NCBI RefSeq assembly: GCF_000142905.1
Contig: NW_013657616.1
Coordinates: 62,001 to 126,000 of the forward strand
Reading direction: 5' to 3'
Length of the DNA: 64,000 bases
Source of the DNA: Thecamonas trahens ATCC 50062
Lineage: Eukaryota; Protista; Apusomonadida
Position 1 is the stretch's first letter, and each line of letters starts with the position of its first letter. The notes under the pieces were generated by a model. It saw only the letters and a list, made by a program, of their open reading frames with translations. It searched no databases and had not been told where the DNA came from. The position numbers and the translations under genes were made by a program. This document shows positions 1 to 11,700 of this stretch, piece by piece.

Positions 1-900
1 TGGCATCGTCGACGTGGTCGACAGGCGGTGAGTCGGTGGAAGATGCCGCTGCCGCGGCTGCTGTTTGTGCACTGGCCGCAGACGGCGCCGAAGAAAGAGG
101 CTGAGCCTCGAGCGCCTCGATCGCCAACTTGACCGTCATGTACTCTTCGAAGGCTCGCTGGACGGCTGGCTCGGGAGCGCCATCAGCCTTGAGGCTGCGA
201 ATGGTGGACTTGAGAGCGAGCTTGCGGGCGAGGAGGGCGTCGCGAGAAGCGAGCGGGGCGTAGATGGAGGCGTCCGAGGGCATAAGCGACAGAGGCGAGC
301 GATCAGAAGAGTTCGGGTTGGAGTTGGGTACGGGCGTAGCGGTAGCAGTAGAGGAAGAGGGAGAAGATGGCGCAGCAGGCTGGAGAGCAGCGGCAGCAGC
401 TGCCGAGGCCTTGTCCACAAGAGCCGTCAATTGTGCACGTAGAGCTTCATAATGAGCATAGAAATTGGGCAAATCAGGATTGCCCGATGCCTTTGCCTCT
501 CTCACCACTTCTTTGGCAGCACTTTTTTCGCCTTCAAGATCTCGTGCCCGAGCCACAGCCTCACGTGCCGCCACATACGCTGCGTGCAGTCCTCCCACAA
601 CGGCGTCGTCTGCCGAAGACTCCTGTCACGCGGGCGGGAAGGGGAGGGCGTGGGAAGAAGGGGTGAGTGGTGGAGGTAGAAGGGGATATTGTTGAAGCGG
701 AATGGGAAAGCATGTAGAGGGGTACTTTTGCTTGGCGGACAGCTGCTTTGAGGGCGTCTTTCTGCCCTACTAGCTTCTCCATGGGTGGCCTCGTGGCGAG
801 TCGGGTGGCGTGCCCTGATCGCCTCCGTGATCGTGATCGATCGTTGGCGTGGACAGGCTGGTCGAGCCCGGCCCAACCGACCGAAATGATCAGGTACGAG
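1..900 (-). CDS. Partial hypothetical protein with repeated short helical motif, running off the window start
   Basis: Manual minus-strand reading is open from about 540 to base 1: LEGEKSAAKEVVREAK...YAHYEALRAQL...LLARKLALKSTIRSLK...FEEYMTVKLAI. A similar motif LVGQKDALKAAVRQAK is in ORF 561..920. The 5' end is unresolved. Confidence 0.35.
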
Positions 901-1461
901 CTCAATCGTCCGCTCGCCACCCACTGTACGTTCTACATGTAATGGACATCGGCAAGGTGAGGTAAGGATACTGTCGCTCGAGGTGTGGGCCATCTCACCC
1001 GCTTGGTACCCTGGCTAGATGATGCGATCGCGTACACATGTTGTCCATCGCATCTCGGCCAACACGATAGCCATGAATCCGCCACTATGTCCCATCTGCC
1101 CATCGTACCCGATCCGTCCAGCTTGTTCGATCCGTCCACATCATCGGCTCGGATTCGCTCGCCTACGTCGAGGCTTTGGCCTCGGTTTCGCTCACTTGCT
1201 GCCTGCAAGCCAACTTCCATGATCGCCACACAACACACACACACATACACACATACATACATGCATACACGCCTACCACCCATCACACACACTCTCTCTC
1301 TCTCTTTCTCTCTCTCCCTTACCGCCATCGCCACCGATCTGCCCATCTTGCCTCAGATCAGTCCACCTTGCTTGGCTGTTGCGACGGCAGCAGCTCACCC
1401 GTACGCCAGCCACCGTCACCTCACTCGGCAGCGACCACGCTCAGGGTGGCGGGCGAGGCAG

Positions 1462-2639
1462 ATGGCGAGCAGCACGGCGGCGAGCAGCAAGACGGTCAGC
1501 AGCAAGACGGTCAGCAGCAAGGCAGCGAGTAGCGAGATGGTCAGGAGCAAGACGGTGGCCGAGTTTGTGGCGGCTGACGAGCTCCGGGTCGGCTACGAGG
1601 AGGCGGCGTGGCGTGTGGCGGCGACGACCGAGGCGGTGGCTGGACGATGGTGCGCAAGTTCGAGCGGAACGTGGGGTATCGAGTCTGCAGGGACGAGCAG
1701 GAACGGCGGGCGAATGGCGCTGGGATCGCGTGGGGGCATGTGGCGCTTGTGGATGGCCGATCGGGTCGCCTCATCCATGCCCTCAGCACAAGCGAGGGCT
1801 CAGGGCGGTGGATGACGGCGGTTGCTGTCTCGGACGATCTGGTGGCGGGCGGGGGCTCGGACGGTGTTGTCCATGTCTGGCGGCATGGAGAGGGCGACGA
1901 TGGCGAAGACACACGCTTCCTCGCTCTCATGCCCGCCCACACCGGATGGGTCCATGCCGCTGCGTGGCGGGGCGAGGTACTGGCGACAGGCGGCGGCGAT
2001 GGCGTGGTCAAGGTCTGGGATGTGGCCAGCGGGACGCTGGAGGTGGCCGGAGGTTGTGCACGACTCGAGGCGGGGTACATCCTGCGGACTACGTGGGCGG
2101 ACGGCAGCGCCGACGGCTCGGTGGTGTGTGCCGTGGGAGGGAGCGGCGGGGCGCAGATTGCACTGTGGGATCCGCGCGCGAACGCCGAGAGCTGGCTCGC
2201 GCTCGGCAGCATAGTCAACGCCCATGATGGCGCCCTGGCGGTGACTGCGGTGTGCGCCGAGGGAAATGTGCTCGTAGCCGGCGACGCCGATGGGCGGGTG
2301 GCGGTGTGGGACGTGCGGAGCGGCGGGACGGCAGTGGCGTCGGCGCGTGGCCATGGCGGCGCAGTGTCGGGCGTGTGCTGGGACAGCGGTGCGAGCGACG
2401 ACGCAAACGTCGTCTCATGCTCAGTCGATGGGAGCGTCAAGGTGTGGGCGAGCGGGCTGAGCGGAGCAGCGCGGTCGTACTCGCTGGGACAGGGCTCGGT
2501 CGTGGCCGTCGCATACGACGACGGATACGACGTCCTCCGTGCTGCGGCGATTGGATGCGCCGGCGCCGGTGCTGTGGTCTCGCTCGACAGCTCGCGGCAG
2601 GTCGAGGTTGTCGCGGCAGCCATCGAAGCCTTGCAATGA
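1462..2639 (+). CDS. WD40-repeat protein (apparent frameshift at G-run 1732-1736)
   Basis: Repeats GGSDGVVHVW, GGGDGVVKVWD, GDADGRVAVWD, CSVDGSVKVW. The N-terminus MASSTAASSK in ORF 985..1815 joins ORF 1608..2639 if one G is added. Confidence 0.75.
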
Positions 2640-3338
2640 TGAATCAAGCCACATCCACCAACGCTGAGCATGTGCACCAGAGACTCTCGTCATCAATCAA
2701 AACCTGCCAAACGTCGCCTATCAAGACGGGTCAACTACGGTCTCCCAACGATAAAACCAAGGAGAAAACCATTGATTCCGCCGTGGCGGAGGGAAGAGGG
2801 GGGGGGGGGGAAACTGCCAACTTTTCCGGCACCTTGCCAGGCGACGCACATGCGGTTGCCGGTCCTGGTGTCAACACGAGTGACCCAACAGCATCATGAT
2901 GATCATGACCGCGCGATGGTTGATAGCAGCGACATATTGCTTCCGGGCGGGCGTTGTGGAGAAGCCATCGGTTCAGTCGATTCCCACCCGCAGCACAATG
3001 CAAGGGGGGGGGGGGGGGGAGAGAGAGAGAGAGGGAGAGGGAGAGGCTGATCGCGTTGGGCTCTGGGTGGATCGGCTGGCTGGCTGGCTTGGCTGATCAG
3101 CCGCCACCGTTGATCCACTTGGCTGGTTGGCCGCTGTTGCCTCTTGGTCGCTGTTGCTTGCTTGACTGGCTGGCTGGCTGACTCGCTCGGTTCATCGGAT
3201 GGGCCACTGGTTAGTGTATGGAGTGCAGAAAGGGAGATGCAGGTTGCTACTCACAGCACACTTTATGCTTGTTGGTGGTGAGTTCAGACGCAACTGTCCA
3301 AGGCGCTGCGGGCGCTGATCGAGGAGGAGGAGTCGCTG

Positions 3339-6300
3339 ATGGCAGCGGTAACCGACCTGGTGACGCGGAAGAGGATGATACAGCAGTTGACGCGGCAGTT
3401 TGTGGCCGAGTGCGGGAAGAAGCTCGGGCGGCGCGACGAGTTCTTTGTGGAGCTGCTCGACTCGCTCGGCTCGCTGGTAGAGGAAGAGTGTGTACTGGAA
3501 GAGCAGGTGGGGCAGAGCCATCGAGTGGGCTCGATGATTCTCTCGGACCTGCTGCAGCTTGTCGAGGGCTTTGAGGCCAAGCGGATGGAGATCGACGAAC
3601 TGCAGCGGTCACTGGATGCGTTTGACGCCGAGACACGGCGGATGCAGGGAACGCCAGCCGAGTTTGATGTGAATGTCCAGCAGACGGTGCGGCTCAAGCG
3701 GGCGTCGCTTGTGCAGCGGCTCGAGCGGCAGCGTGGCGAGTTGCAAATGGCTGCCGAGTCGCTCTACTCCTCGCTCACCATTTTGCTGAAGCGCGATTTG
3801 TTTGTGGTGACTGACACGCGGACACGCGCGCTGCAAGACTCGATCAACGCACTCGAGCAGCAGATGCTCATCATCGGCGACATGCCCGGCGAGACGTCTG
3901 TCGATATTCAAAGCCACGTTCGCGAGCTCATCACGCGCTACGCGCTGCAGCACTCGTCGACACCGTTTGACCTCATGACCGACTACGGCGTGACGTCGGA
4001 CGCTGGCGTCTCTGTCTCTTTTGCAGGATCGGGCGTGTTTGGCTCGTTCCGCTCGGCCATGTCATCGGGCCCGCAGACGCGGAACACCTCTTCACAGCGC
4101 TCGCGGTCTGGGCTGACCTCGTCCTCGCGGGCGTACAACCTCGGCGTTCGCCCGAAATTCCGCATCTCGGCCCATGGCCGGTCGCGATCGGGCAGCTCGC
4201 AGTCGCAATCGCCGTCGTCGTCGTCATCATCGTCGTCGTCGAGCTCGATAACAAGCTCGCGGAGATCGCGGTCGTCGTCTGTGACGCGGTCGCGGAGCTC
4301 CCGTAGCTCGCACACGCCGTCGCAGTCAGGCGCAACTTCGCACTCCAAGACCTCGGCCTCGCAGTCGCGATCGCGGTCGCGGCCAGCACCGTCCGACAAT
4401 GTGCCAGCAAGTAGCCAGGCCGAAAGCAGCACACAGTGCATCAGTTCGGCGTCGCACACCGAGACTGACTCGGGCTCGGGCTCGAGCTCGGCCGCCGAGT
4501 CGGACTCGGGAAGCTCGGGAAGCTTGATGGTGGGTGGCGTTGGCGGGACGCCACGGTTAGACTCGGGCGACACATCGTTCTCTAAGTCGGCACCGATGGT
4601 GACGACGCCGGTGGCACCGGGCAATGGTGGTGGCGGTGACAATGGCATGATCTTCGGCTCGGGAATAGCCTACGCCTCAATCCCGTCGCCCGGCCAGCCG
4701 TTGAGCGGCTTTGTGAGTAGCAGCTACGCACAAGGCTCCGGGACAGCGGCCATGGCAGCGGCGGAGGAGGTCAGGGTCAGGGCACGTGCCAAGGCCAAGG
4801 CCAAGGCCAAGGCCAAGGCCAAGGCCAAGGCCAAGGCCAAAGCCAAAGCCAAAGCCAAGGCGCGGGCTAAGAAGCGGGCCAAGAAGCGGGCCAGGCAGCA
4901 GCGGGCCAAGAAGAAGGCGCGGCAAGCGCATGTCAAGGCCAAGGCGCAGGCGCTGGTCTCAACTGGCGGATACGATTCTAGGTCGGCAGCCGAGCTGGCT
5001 GTGGCCGAGGAGCTGTCGCGAGCGCGGAAGCTTAAGCTTAAGCGCAAACTCAAGCGCAAGCGCAAGCTCAAGCGCAGGCTGGCAGCACTTGAAAAGCGCG
5101 ACCGCAAAAAGTGGAAGAAGCTAGTCAAGAAAGCTGCACTGTCGAGCGAGTCGTACTCGTTGTACACCTCGTCAACCTCGTCAAGTCTGACGTTCTCATC
5201 GTCGTACTCGTCGTACTCCAGTGTATCGGTATCGTCGCCTTCCGAGGGAAACGCGCAGCCGTGGGCACTCAACGAGACCACGCCATCGTCGATGGCAACG
5301 CATCCAACGACTCGAGTTGATTCAGTGGGCAAGAACTCGGTCGATTGTCTGCTTTCAGTCTCGGACGACTGTGGGCACGCCAACATCGTCGACAGTGGCC
5401 CGGTGCGGACAGTCAAGTTTGCGCCCGGGACACGCCAGGAGCGACAAGCCAAGGTCGAGACTGGAGTTTCCGGGGTGAGTCTACATGCCATACCTCCGCG
5501 TGGCAGGAGCAAGACCAAGGCCAAGGGCAAGGGCAAGGGCAAGGGCAAGTCCAAAGCCACAACCTCAAGCGGAAGCAGGGGAACGTCGTCGCGGTCGCAG
5601 TCACCGTCACCATCGCGGACGTCGTCGCCGTCTCAGTCGCGGTCACGGTCTCCGTCGTGCTCGCCATCGCGGTCGTCAAGCAAGACAGGAACGATGGCAG
5701 GCAAGAGCAAGCGGCGGCCGCGGCGGACGTCGTCGTACAACCGTATTTGTGACGGCAACGGTGACGAAAAGCGGATGAAAGTCCTGCGGCAGGCGATGGC
5801 CGGAGGCGAGAACGCGGCAAAGTCCGGCGGCGGAGCGATTGTGGACCCGTTTGCCCTGCCGCGGCTCCGTGATGCAGTGCGCGAGGCGGGTCGTGCGGCG
5901 GGCGAGCTGCCGCGATTCTCGGCCAAGGCCCGGGTCCGAGTTGGCGCTGCCCAGCGGACGAGCGGGCTTGTTGCTGGCGGCACATGGGACGGGCGTGAGC
6001 GGAGCGAGGAGCACGAGCTGGAGATGGCCGGATGGCCTGAGGTGAGTCGGATTCTGCAGCGGACGGACGAAGTTTGCTGGGCGGGCAATGTTGCAGCTCC
6101 GATAGAGATACTCCTCGGAGGGCTGGCGGCGTCGGTGACGAGCTCGCTGTCGGTGACGGCGGCGCTGGCGGGCGGTGACCTTGTGGCATGCAAGACTCTA
6201 GCGACGTGTGCGGCGCCGCTGGCGCTCTACCTCGGAAGCGATGTGGCGCGGACGATGCTCACCGATCAGCGCGGAAACGAGAGCGAGGAGGAAGACCACG

Positions 6301-7307
6301 CAGCCCAAGGCATGAGCAGTACGGCCGAGACACGACGGCAGCGGCGGAGCGTGCGGCGGAGCGATACCGCCGGCGTGTCGATGACGCCGCGCGGAAGCGC
6401 GACGGTACGGACGCCGCGGGGGTCAGAGGTTGGCGAGGCAGCGTCGCCTGTGGTGTTCAAGTTGGCGTCGGCGTTTATCGCCAACACGCCTGCGGTGCAG
6501 CTCGAGGAGAGCCTCCGGCGGAGCAGCGTGGTGCGGTTGCTGGAGCATGCACTGACTGCTACGGTCCATGTTGCAGTCGGCCCGCTTGCAATGAGCACGC
6601 ATCCACCTGCGCTTAGCTCGCCCGATGCGATGAGCATGGGCGAGAGCGCCGAGGTGACAGCACTCTCGCCGCCGTTGGTGGCGCTTGCGGCGTCTGGGGT
6701 GCAAGACGGCAGTGCAGTGCGGATGGCTGAGGGCGTGGATACGCGGGCGCGGGCGCGGGCGGTGTACGAGGGCATCATGGGGCGGAGCGTGGTGGAGATC
6801 GGCAGCTACCGGATCTACGGGCAATCGAGCCCAGGCATGCGCCAAACATCGTTCCGCGTCGGGTCGTGGCGCGAGATGGAGGAGCTCATGGGAGTGGTGG
6901 CGCCGGTGGACCGGGCGAGCGACATGGATCTGGCGCTCACCGGGCTTGCGGGGCTCTACGCCGACGCGGTGGCGATCGCGGTGGAGGCCGAGTCGCTTGC
7001 GGTGGGTGGGGTGGAGGTGCAGCTGCTGCTGGACGACGACTTGGCGTTTGTGCTCGGAGCCAAGCCGGCGTCTGAGGCTGCGGGCGTGATGTCGCCGGTC
7101 ACGGTTGCGGTGACGATTTCGCCAGCAGGCGGCGAGGCCATGGGCGATAGCGTGGTCAGCCGGGTCCGAACAGCGGTGGTTGAGAGCGTGGCGCACGCAC
7201 TCATCACCACTGCGGTGGCAGTCAGCTTTGAGATTGCCGGCGTCGAGCAGAGCGGCAGCGATGGGACGCCTAATGTGCGGGTGACGCGGCCAAAGATGGG
7301 GAGGTAA
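3339..7307 (+). CDS. Large hypothetical protein: N-terminal coiled coil, Ser/Arg-rich and poly-(Ala-Lys) low-complexity middle, globular C-terminus
   Basis: 1322-aa ORF with coding-like codon use. The frame is open upstream to about 3288, so the true start may lie further 5'. Confidence 0.6.
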   Translation: MAAVTDLVTRKRMIQQLTRQFVAECGKKLGRRDEFFVELLDSLGSLVEEECVLEEQVGQSHRVGSMILSDLLQLVEGFEAKRMEIDELQRSLDAFDAETRRMQGTPAEFDVNVQQTVRLKRASLVQRLERQRGELQMAAESLYSSLTILLKRDLFVVTDTRTRALQDSINALEQQMLIIGDMPGETSVDIQSHVRELITRYALQHSSTPFDLMTDYGVTSDAGVSVSFAGSGVFGSFRSAMSSGPQTRNTSSQRSRSGLTSSSRAYNLGVRPKFRISAHGRSRSGSSQSQSPSSSSSSSSSSSITSSRRSRSSSVTRSRSSRSSHTPSQSGATSHSKTSASQSRSRSRPAPSDNVPASSQAESSTQCISSASHTETDSGSGSSSAAESDSGSSGSLMVGGVGGTPRLDSGDTSFSKSAPMVTTPVAPGNGGGGDNGMIFGSGIAYASIPSPGQPLSGFVSSSYAQGSGTAAMAAAEEVRVRARAKAKAKAKAKAKAKAKAKAKAKAKARAKKRAKKRARQQRAKKKARQAHVKAKAQALVSTGGYDSRSAAELAVAEELSRARKLKLKRKLKRKRKLKRRLAALEKRDRKKWKKLVKKAALSSESYSLYTSSTSSSLTFSSSYSSYSSVSVSSPSEGNAQPWALNETTPSSMATHPTTRVDSVGKNSVDCLLSVSDDCGHANIVDSGPVRTVKFAPGTRQERQAKVETGVSGVSLHAIPPRGRSKTKAKGKGKGKGKSKATTSSGSRGTSSRSQSPSPSRTSSPSQSRSRSPSCSPSRSSSKTGTMAGKSKRRPRRTSSYNRICDGNGDEKRMKVLRQAMAGGENAAKSGGGAIVDPFALPRLRDAVREAGRAAGELPRFSAKARVRVGAAQRTSGLVAGGTWDGRERSEEHELEMAGWPEVSRILQRTDEVCWAGNVAAPIEILLGGLAASVTSSLSVTAALAGGDLVACKTLATCAAPLALYLGSDVARTMLTDQRGNESEEEDHAAQGMSSTAETRRQRRSVRRSDTAGVSMTPRGSATVRTPRGSEVGEAASPVVFKLASAFIANTPAVQLEESLRRSSVVRLLEHALTATVHVAVGPLAMSTHPPALSSPDAMSMGESAEVTALSPPLVALAASGVQDGSAVRMAEGVDTRARARAVYEGIMGRSVVEIGSYRIYGQSSPGMRQTSFRVGSWREMEELMGVVAPVDRASDMDLALTGLAGLYADAVAIAVEAESLAVGGVEVQLLLDDDLAFVLGAKPASEAAGVMSPVTVAVTISPAGGEAMGDSVVSRVRTAVVESVAHALITTAVAVSFEIAGVEQSGSDGTPNVRVTRPKMGR

Positions 7308-7332
7308 AGGGGAGTGCCTGAGCATGTTGCGA

Positions 7333-8240
7333 TCACTTTGCGGGGGGAGGGGAGGCCTTGGCGATGAGGATGCGATTCTGCGGGGTGATGGACGGGTCCA
7401 TAGTGCGGAGGAGGACGTCGTAGCCCGGGAGAGCAGCGAGGCGGCCCATGCGAGCCATGTCGAGGGCGACGGAAAGTCGATGCCCGTAGCAGTGGCAGCA
7501 TGATGGATGCGTGTGCCGAGGAGGCGATGGGCAGCCGCCGAGTCGGTGGCCACCACCCGGTGGCTGTCGGCGTGCGAGGTGCCCTTGGAGTGGCAGCAGG
7601 GCGCAATGGCCACGTCCATCCCTGCCGCCGTCGCCATGTCGAGCACGTAGTCGGTGAGATAGCCGCACGCGTGACAGCCGACCACCAGCACGCGAGGCGA
7701 GGAGGGAGTGGTGGCGGTGGTGGCGGAGCGTGCCGCGTCGGCGAGGGTGCTCTCGAGGCCGTCGCGGACGTCGGTGATGACGAAGCGAAGGGTGGCGGGG
7801 GCTGGGGCTGAGGTGATTGGGCTTGGGCTTGGGCTTGGGCTTGGGCTTGCGGTTGGGGTTGGGGTCGTTGGCGTTGTTGGCGTTGTTGGCGTTGGCGTCG
7901 TCGTCGTCGTCGTCGTCGTCGTCGCGGGGATGTCGGCGGAGAGACCCCAGTTGGAGGCCATGGCAGCAAAGGATAGCGGGAGCTTGCGATCGAGGATGAT
8001 GGCGGAAGAGGCACGGGCGTAGAGGACAAAGAGCATGCCGAGCATGCCGTGACCGCCGCAGACGTCGATGACCGTGGCGTAGTAATGCCGCTTGGCCTTG
8101 CCCCGGCCCTTGTCCAGCCCGCTGCTGGCAGCCATGAAGAACGACATGGCCTCGTCCAGCTCCTTCTCGCTCGGCTTGGGCGTCGCGCTGCCATCGTAGT
8201 ACGCCTGTCGGATCTTGTCCGCGAGCGAGGCGCCAGACAT
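7333..8240 (-). CDS. SAM-dependent methyltransferase (Methyltransf_32/METTL25-like), frameshift near 7473
   Basis: VIDVCGGHGMLG (motif I), VVGCHACGYLTD, IAPCCH. The C-terminal DMARM...ITPQNRILIA lies in the adjacent frame (ORF 7333..8415). Confidence 0.75.
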
Positions 8241-8400
8241 GGTGGGAGAGGGGCGGCGAAGAGAGGTGTACGTGCTGATCGGGGCGGGGGGTTTGGGGTT
8301 CTGCCGGGACAGGGGCACACACCCATGTCTCCATGGACCAATCGGCATCAGACCGCCCACCATCCCCCCCCCCCCCCCGTCTCGCCGTATTGTTGTGTTG

Positions 8401-8645
8401 CCGTATCCGTATCACCGTATCGTCGTATCACCGTATCACCGTATCGTCGTATCACCGTATCACCGTATCACCGTATCACCGTATCACCGTATCACCGTAT
8501 CACCGTATCACCGTATCACCGTATCACCGTATCACCGTATCACCGTATCATCACCGTATCACCGTATCACCGTATCACCGTATCACCGTATCACCGTATC
8601 ACCGTATCACCGTATCACCGTATCACCGTATCACCGTATCACCGT
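8401..8645. repeat. Tandem 8-bp repeat (CCGTATCA)n, about 30 units
   Basis: Directly visible near-perfect array between two divergently transcribed genes. Confidence 0.95.
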
Positions 8646-8780
8646 CTGGCCGCTGTGTCGCCGATCCCGCCAAACGGCCCAGGTCACCCCGCCCACCACC
8701 CCCCCCCACCCCCACCACCACCACCACCACCACCACCACCACTCGCCCCACCTCCACCACCCCACCCCTCACCCCTCTGT

Positions 8781-11700
8781 ATGTCGTGGACACGGGCTAC
8801 TCGCTTACGCCCGCCATACCTGCCCTTTTACGCCTCAGCCACCGGCGAGCTGTCGTGGCGCCCTCGGCCGACCACCCCCTCGTCCCCCTCGACCACCCTG
8901 CCGACCTTCCCGGGCATGGCGCAGGGGAGGGCCTGGACGGAGACAGGGCAGGGGTATGGCAAGGCTGTCGCTCCGCAGGGCATGGCCACTCGCTCGGGCA
9001 CTGCCGAATTGCAGCAAAATTCGCTTGAAATGGCAGATGGCATCGGTTCGCGTGATGCGGTGGCGGTGGCGGGCAAGGCGGGGGTGGCGCAGGCGGTGGC
9101 GGGCAAGGCGGGGGTGGCGCAGGCGGTGGCGGACAAAGCGGGGATGGCGCAGGCGGTGCCGGACAAGGCGGGGGTGGCGCAGGCGGTGGCGGGCAACAGC
9201 GCGCAGGTGGCGAACAGCGGCGGGGCGTGGATGGGCGCGCCTGCTGCCGGGCGGCATGCGTGGGCAAGCAGCCGCGCCGAGCTGGCGAGCATCCGGCAGC
9301 GTATTGTGTGCGGGGTGGAGACATTCCGGGCGGCGTGTGGCGAGGCGACGCGGTGGACAGGCGAGATGGACGACGGGCTGCTGGGCCTGCTGGCCGAGGC
9401 ACAGCCGGTCGAGGTGCCTGCCGACTACCACGCCGCAGCGGCGACCACGCTTGCCTTCCGTCCAGGCTCAGGCTGGACTGTTGATGCCGTTGTGGCTGCC
9501 ATCTGCGATGTCGAGCTCCTCACCCTGACCGAGGCGCCGCAGCAGGACGGCGAGGAGCCGCGGCCGGAGCTCGGCTTTGGCCTCTGCCTGCGGTGGGTGG
9601 CCAATCCGAGACGGCCAGGCGAGCCCGGGCTGGCAGTCGCCGTCGCCGCCGCGTGGCGGTCGCCGTCGCTGATGGCGGCGCTGGCGCTGCGGGCCAAGCG
9701 CGCTGCCCGCGGTGCTAGCGAGCCCGTGACCTGGGAGACCCTCGGCTCGGCCCTGGCCGAAGAGGTCCGGCTGCTCCGCGAGGCGTGCGGAGCCGGGCCG
9801 ACGGCCTGGCCCACCGAGCTCTTCCTTCTCCTCCGTGACGCGCCACCGCCGCTCGACGCCCGTGCCGCCAACAGCTCGGCCTTCTCGCCGCGCCCGTCGT
9901 ACGTCGACGAGCTCGCCGCCGGGCCCATCCTCGTCGTCCCGCCGTATAACGTGACCCAGGAGCAGACGCTCCGGTTTGCAGCGACCTCGCCCGAAGAGGC
10001 GCTGGTGGAGGCACTCGCGTCGCCGCTGTTTGGCGTCGGCGGCGCCGCCGGTTTCGGCGCCATCGTCTACGTCCCGCCGCGGCCGACGTCCAACCCGCTG
10101 CTCTCCAAAGTGGTGGTCCGCATCGTCGCACAGTGGGTCGAGCGGCACGTTGAGCATGCCGACGCCGCTGCGGCGCGGCCACGTGCCGACAAGGCCGACG
10201 CCGCCGCCACTGCCGCTCGTGCAGCCTTTGCCGAGCGACCAGTGGCGGCTGAGGTGCTCGCTGCCACCATCGGGCGGCTGGAGGGCATCCTCGGGTGGTT
10301 CACCCCACCGCAGACAGCCGTCACGCTTGGCGAGGTCTGCGAGCTCGAAAACCAGGTAGCGCTTGCCAACTGCGCCGCGCACGCCACGCGAGCAGCGGTC
10401 GAGGCCGCCATGTCCGGCCGCGAGCTCATTGCCGACGCGAGCGGCGGGCGGGCCGGTGCGCTCGTTGGTGCACTTCAGCGCGCGCCTGTGGCGGTGGCGG
10501 CGCTCGGGCGGGCGCTGCTCCCGCACGAGCAGGGATTGTTGGCGGCGTTTGTGGTCCACGGCTGCTTTGCAAGCATGTCTGTCGACGAACGGAGCCTGTT
10601 CGAGCTCATCACCGCCGCCGTGCGGAGCGCCGAGTGTCCGGTGAGCGAGATGGTGCGGGCCGGCGGCTTTGCAGCCCGGCTGCTCGTCGGCTACTGCCAG
10701 CGCAAGGCCGTCGTCGCGTATGTCCACCAGGCCCTCGGCGAAGCCATCGCCGAGGTCGGGTCGAGCTCGGCGCCTCGGCTGCAGCTCGACCCAGCGGCTC
10801 CGCTGCGGGCAGCAGCGAGTGGCCGGCTGCTGAGCTCTCAGTCGCGGACACTCCCGCTGCGACAGCAGATCATGGCCATCGAAGACGCGGTGGTGAGGGT
10901 GCTCAACGCGGCGGTCGGGAGCGAGGGCGTGGGGCAGCTTCCACCGTTCCTCGCCACCCTCCTCAAGTGGCTGGCGGGCGAGGCCGCAGCGCGTGGCGAG
11001 GACGGCGTGGGAGTCGCCGGCCGGCTGCTCGTCGAGCTTGTCGCCGCGCGGGTGGTCGACGGGCCGAACGAGTACGGGCTGGAGGTGGCGGCTGGAAACA
11101 TGGAAGTGGTGGGCAAGGTGCTGCGGGCGATGGTAGGCCGGGTTAACGTGGCGAGGGCTGGCGACGATGAAGGCGGCACCTCGCTCTCGGAACTCTCGTC
11201 GGTGGCGTCCGGCGGAGAGCGGGTCTCGGGCGTGGCCGCCTCCAACTATGTGTACGAGGCAAGCAACCCGCTCTCACTCATGCAGTCATTCATCGATGAG
11301 GGCGCGCGGGCCATCGTCCGTGCCGGAGACGCCCTCGTGAGGGCCAAGAACTCGGCATCGGTGCACTCGCTCCGCAAGCGCATGCGCGCCGCGTCGGGCT
11401 TTGTCGCCGTTGATAGCGCCGAGCTCGATGCCGTTTGCGACATGGTCGTCCGGCATCAGGCGACGATGGGCGCAGTGGCGCCGACGGTGGTCGCTGCCGC
11501 GCAGGCTGCGATGCCGGCCACCAGCCATCGGTCACCACCGCCAGGTGGGTGGATGGTCGTCGCCGTCGATCAAGGCGGCAGATGCAGCGACGACGATGAT
11601 GATGAGGACATCGAGTCCGAGACCGGACCGCGGGCGGTGGAGCTCCTTCGCGACGGCGCAGCCATGGTCGAGGCTTACGGGCGAGGCGAGATGGCGGCCA

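Noticed and set aside
8049-8780. N-terminal PYHRITVS repeat protein
   Set aside because: It is a translation of the 8-bp satellite and appears in all three frames. The likely start is ATG 8781.
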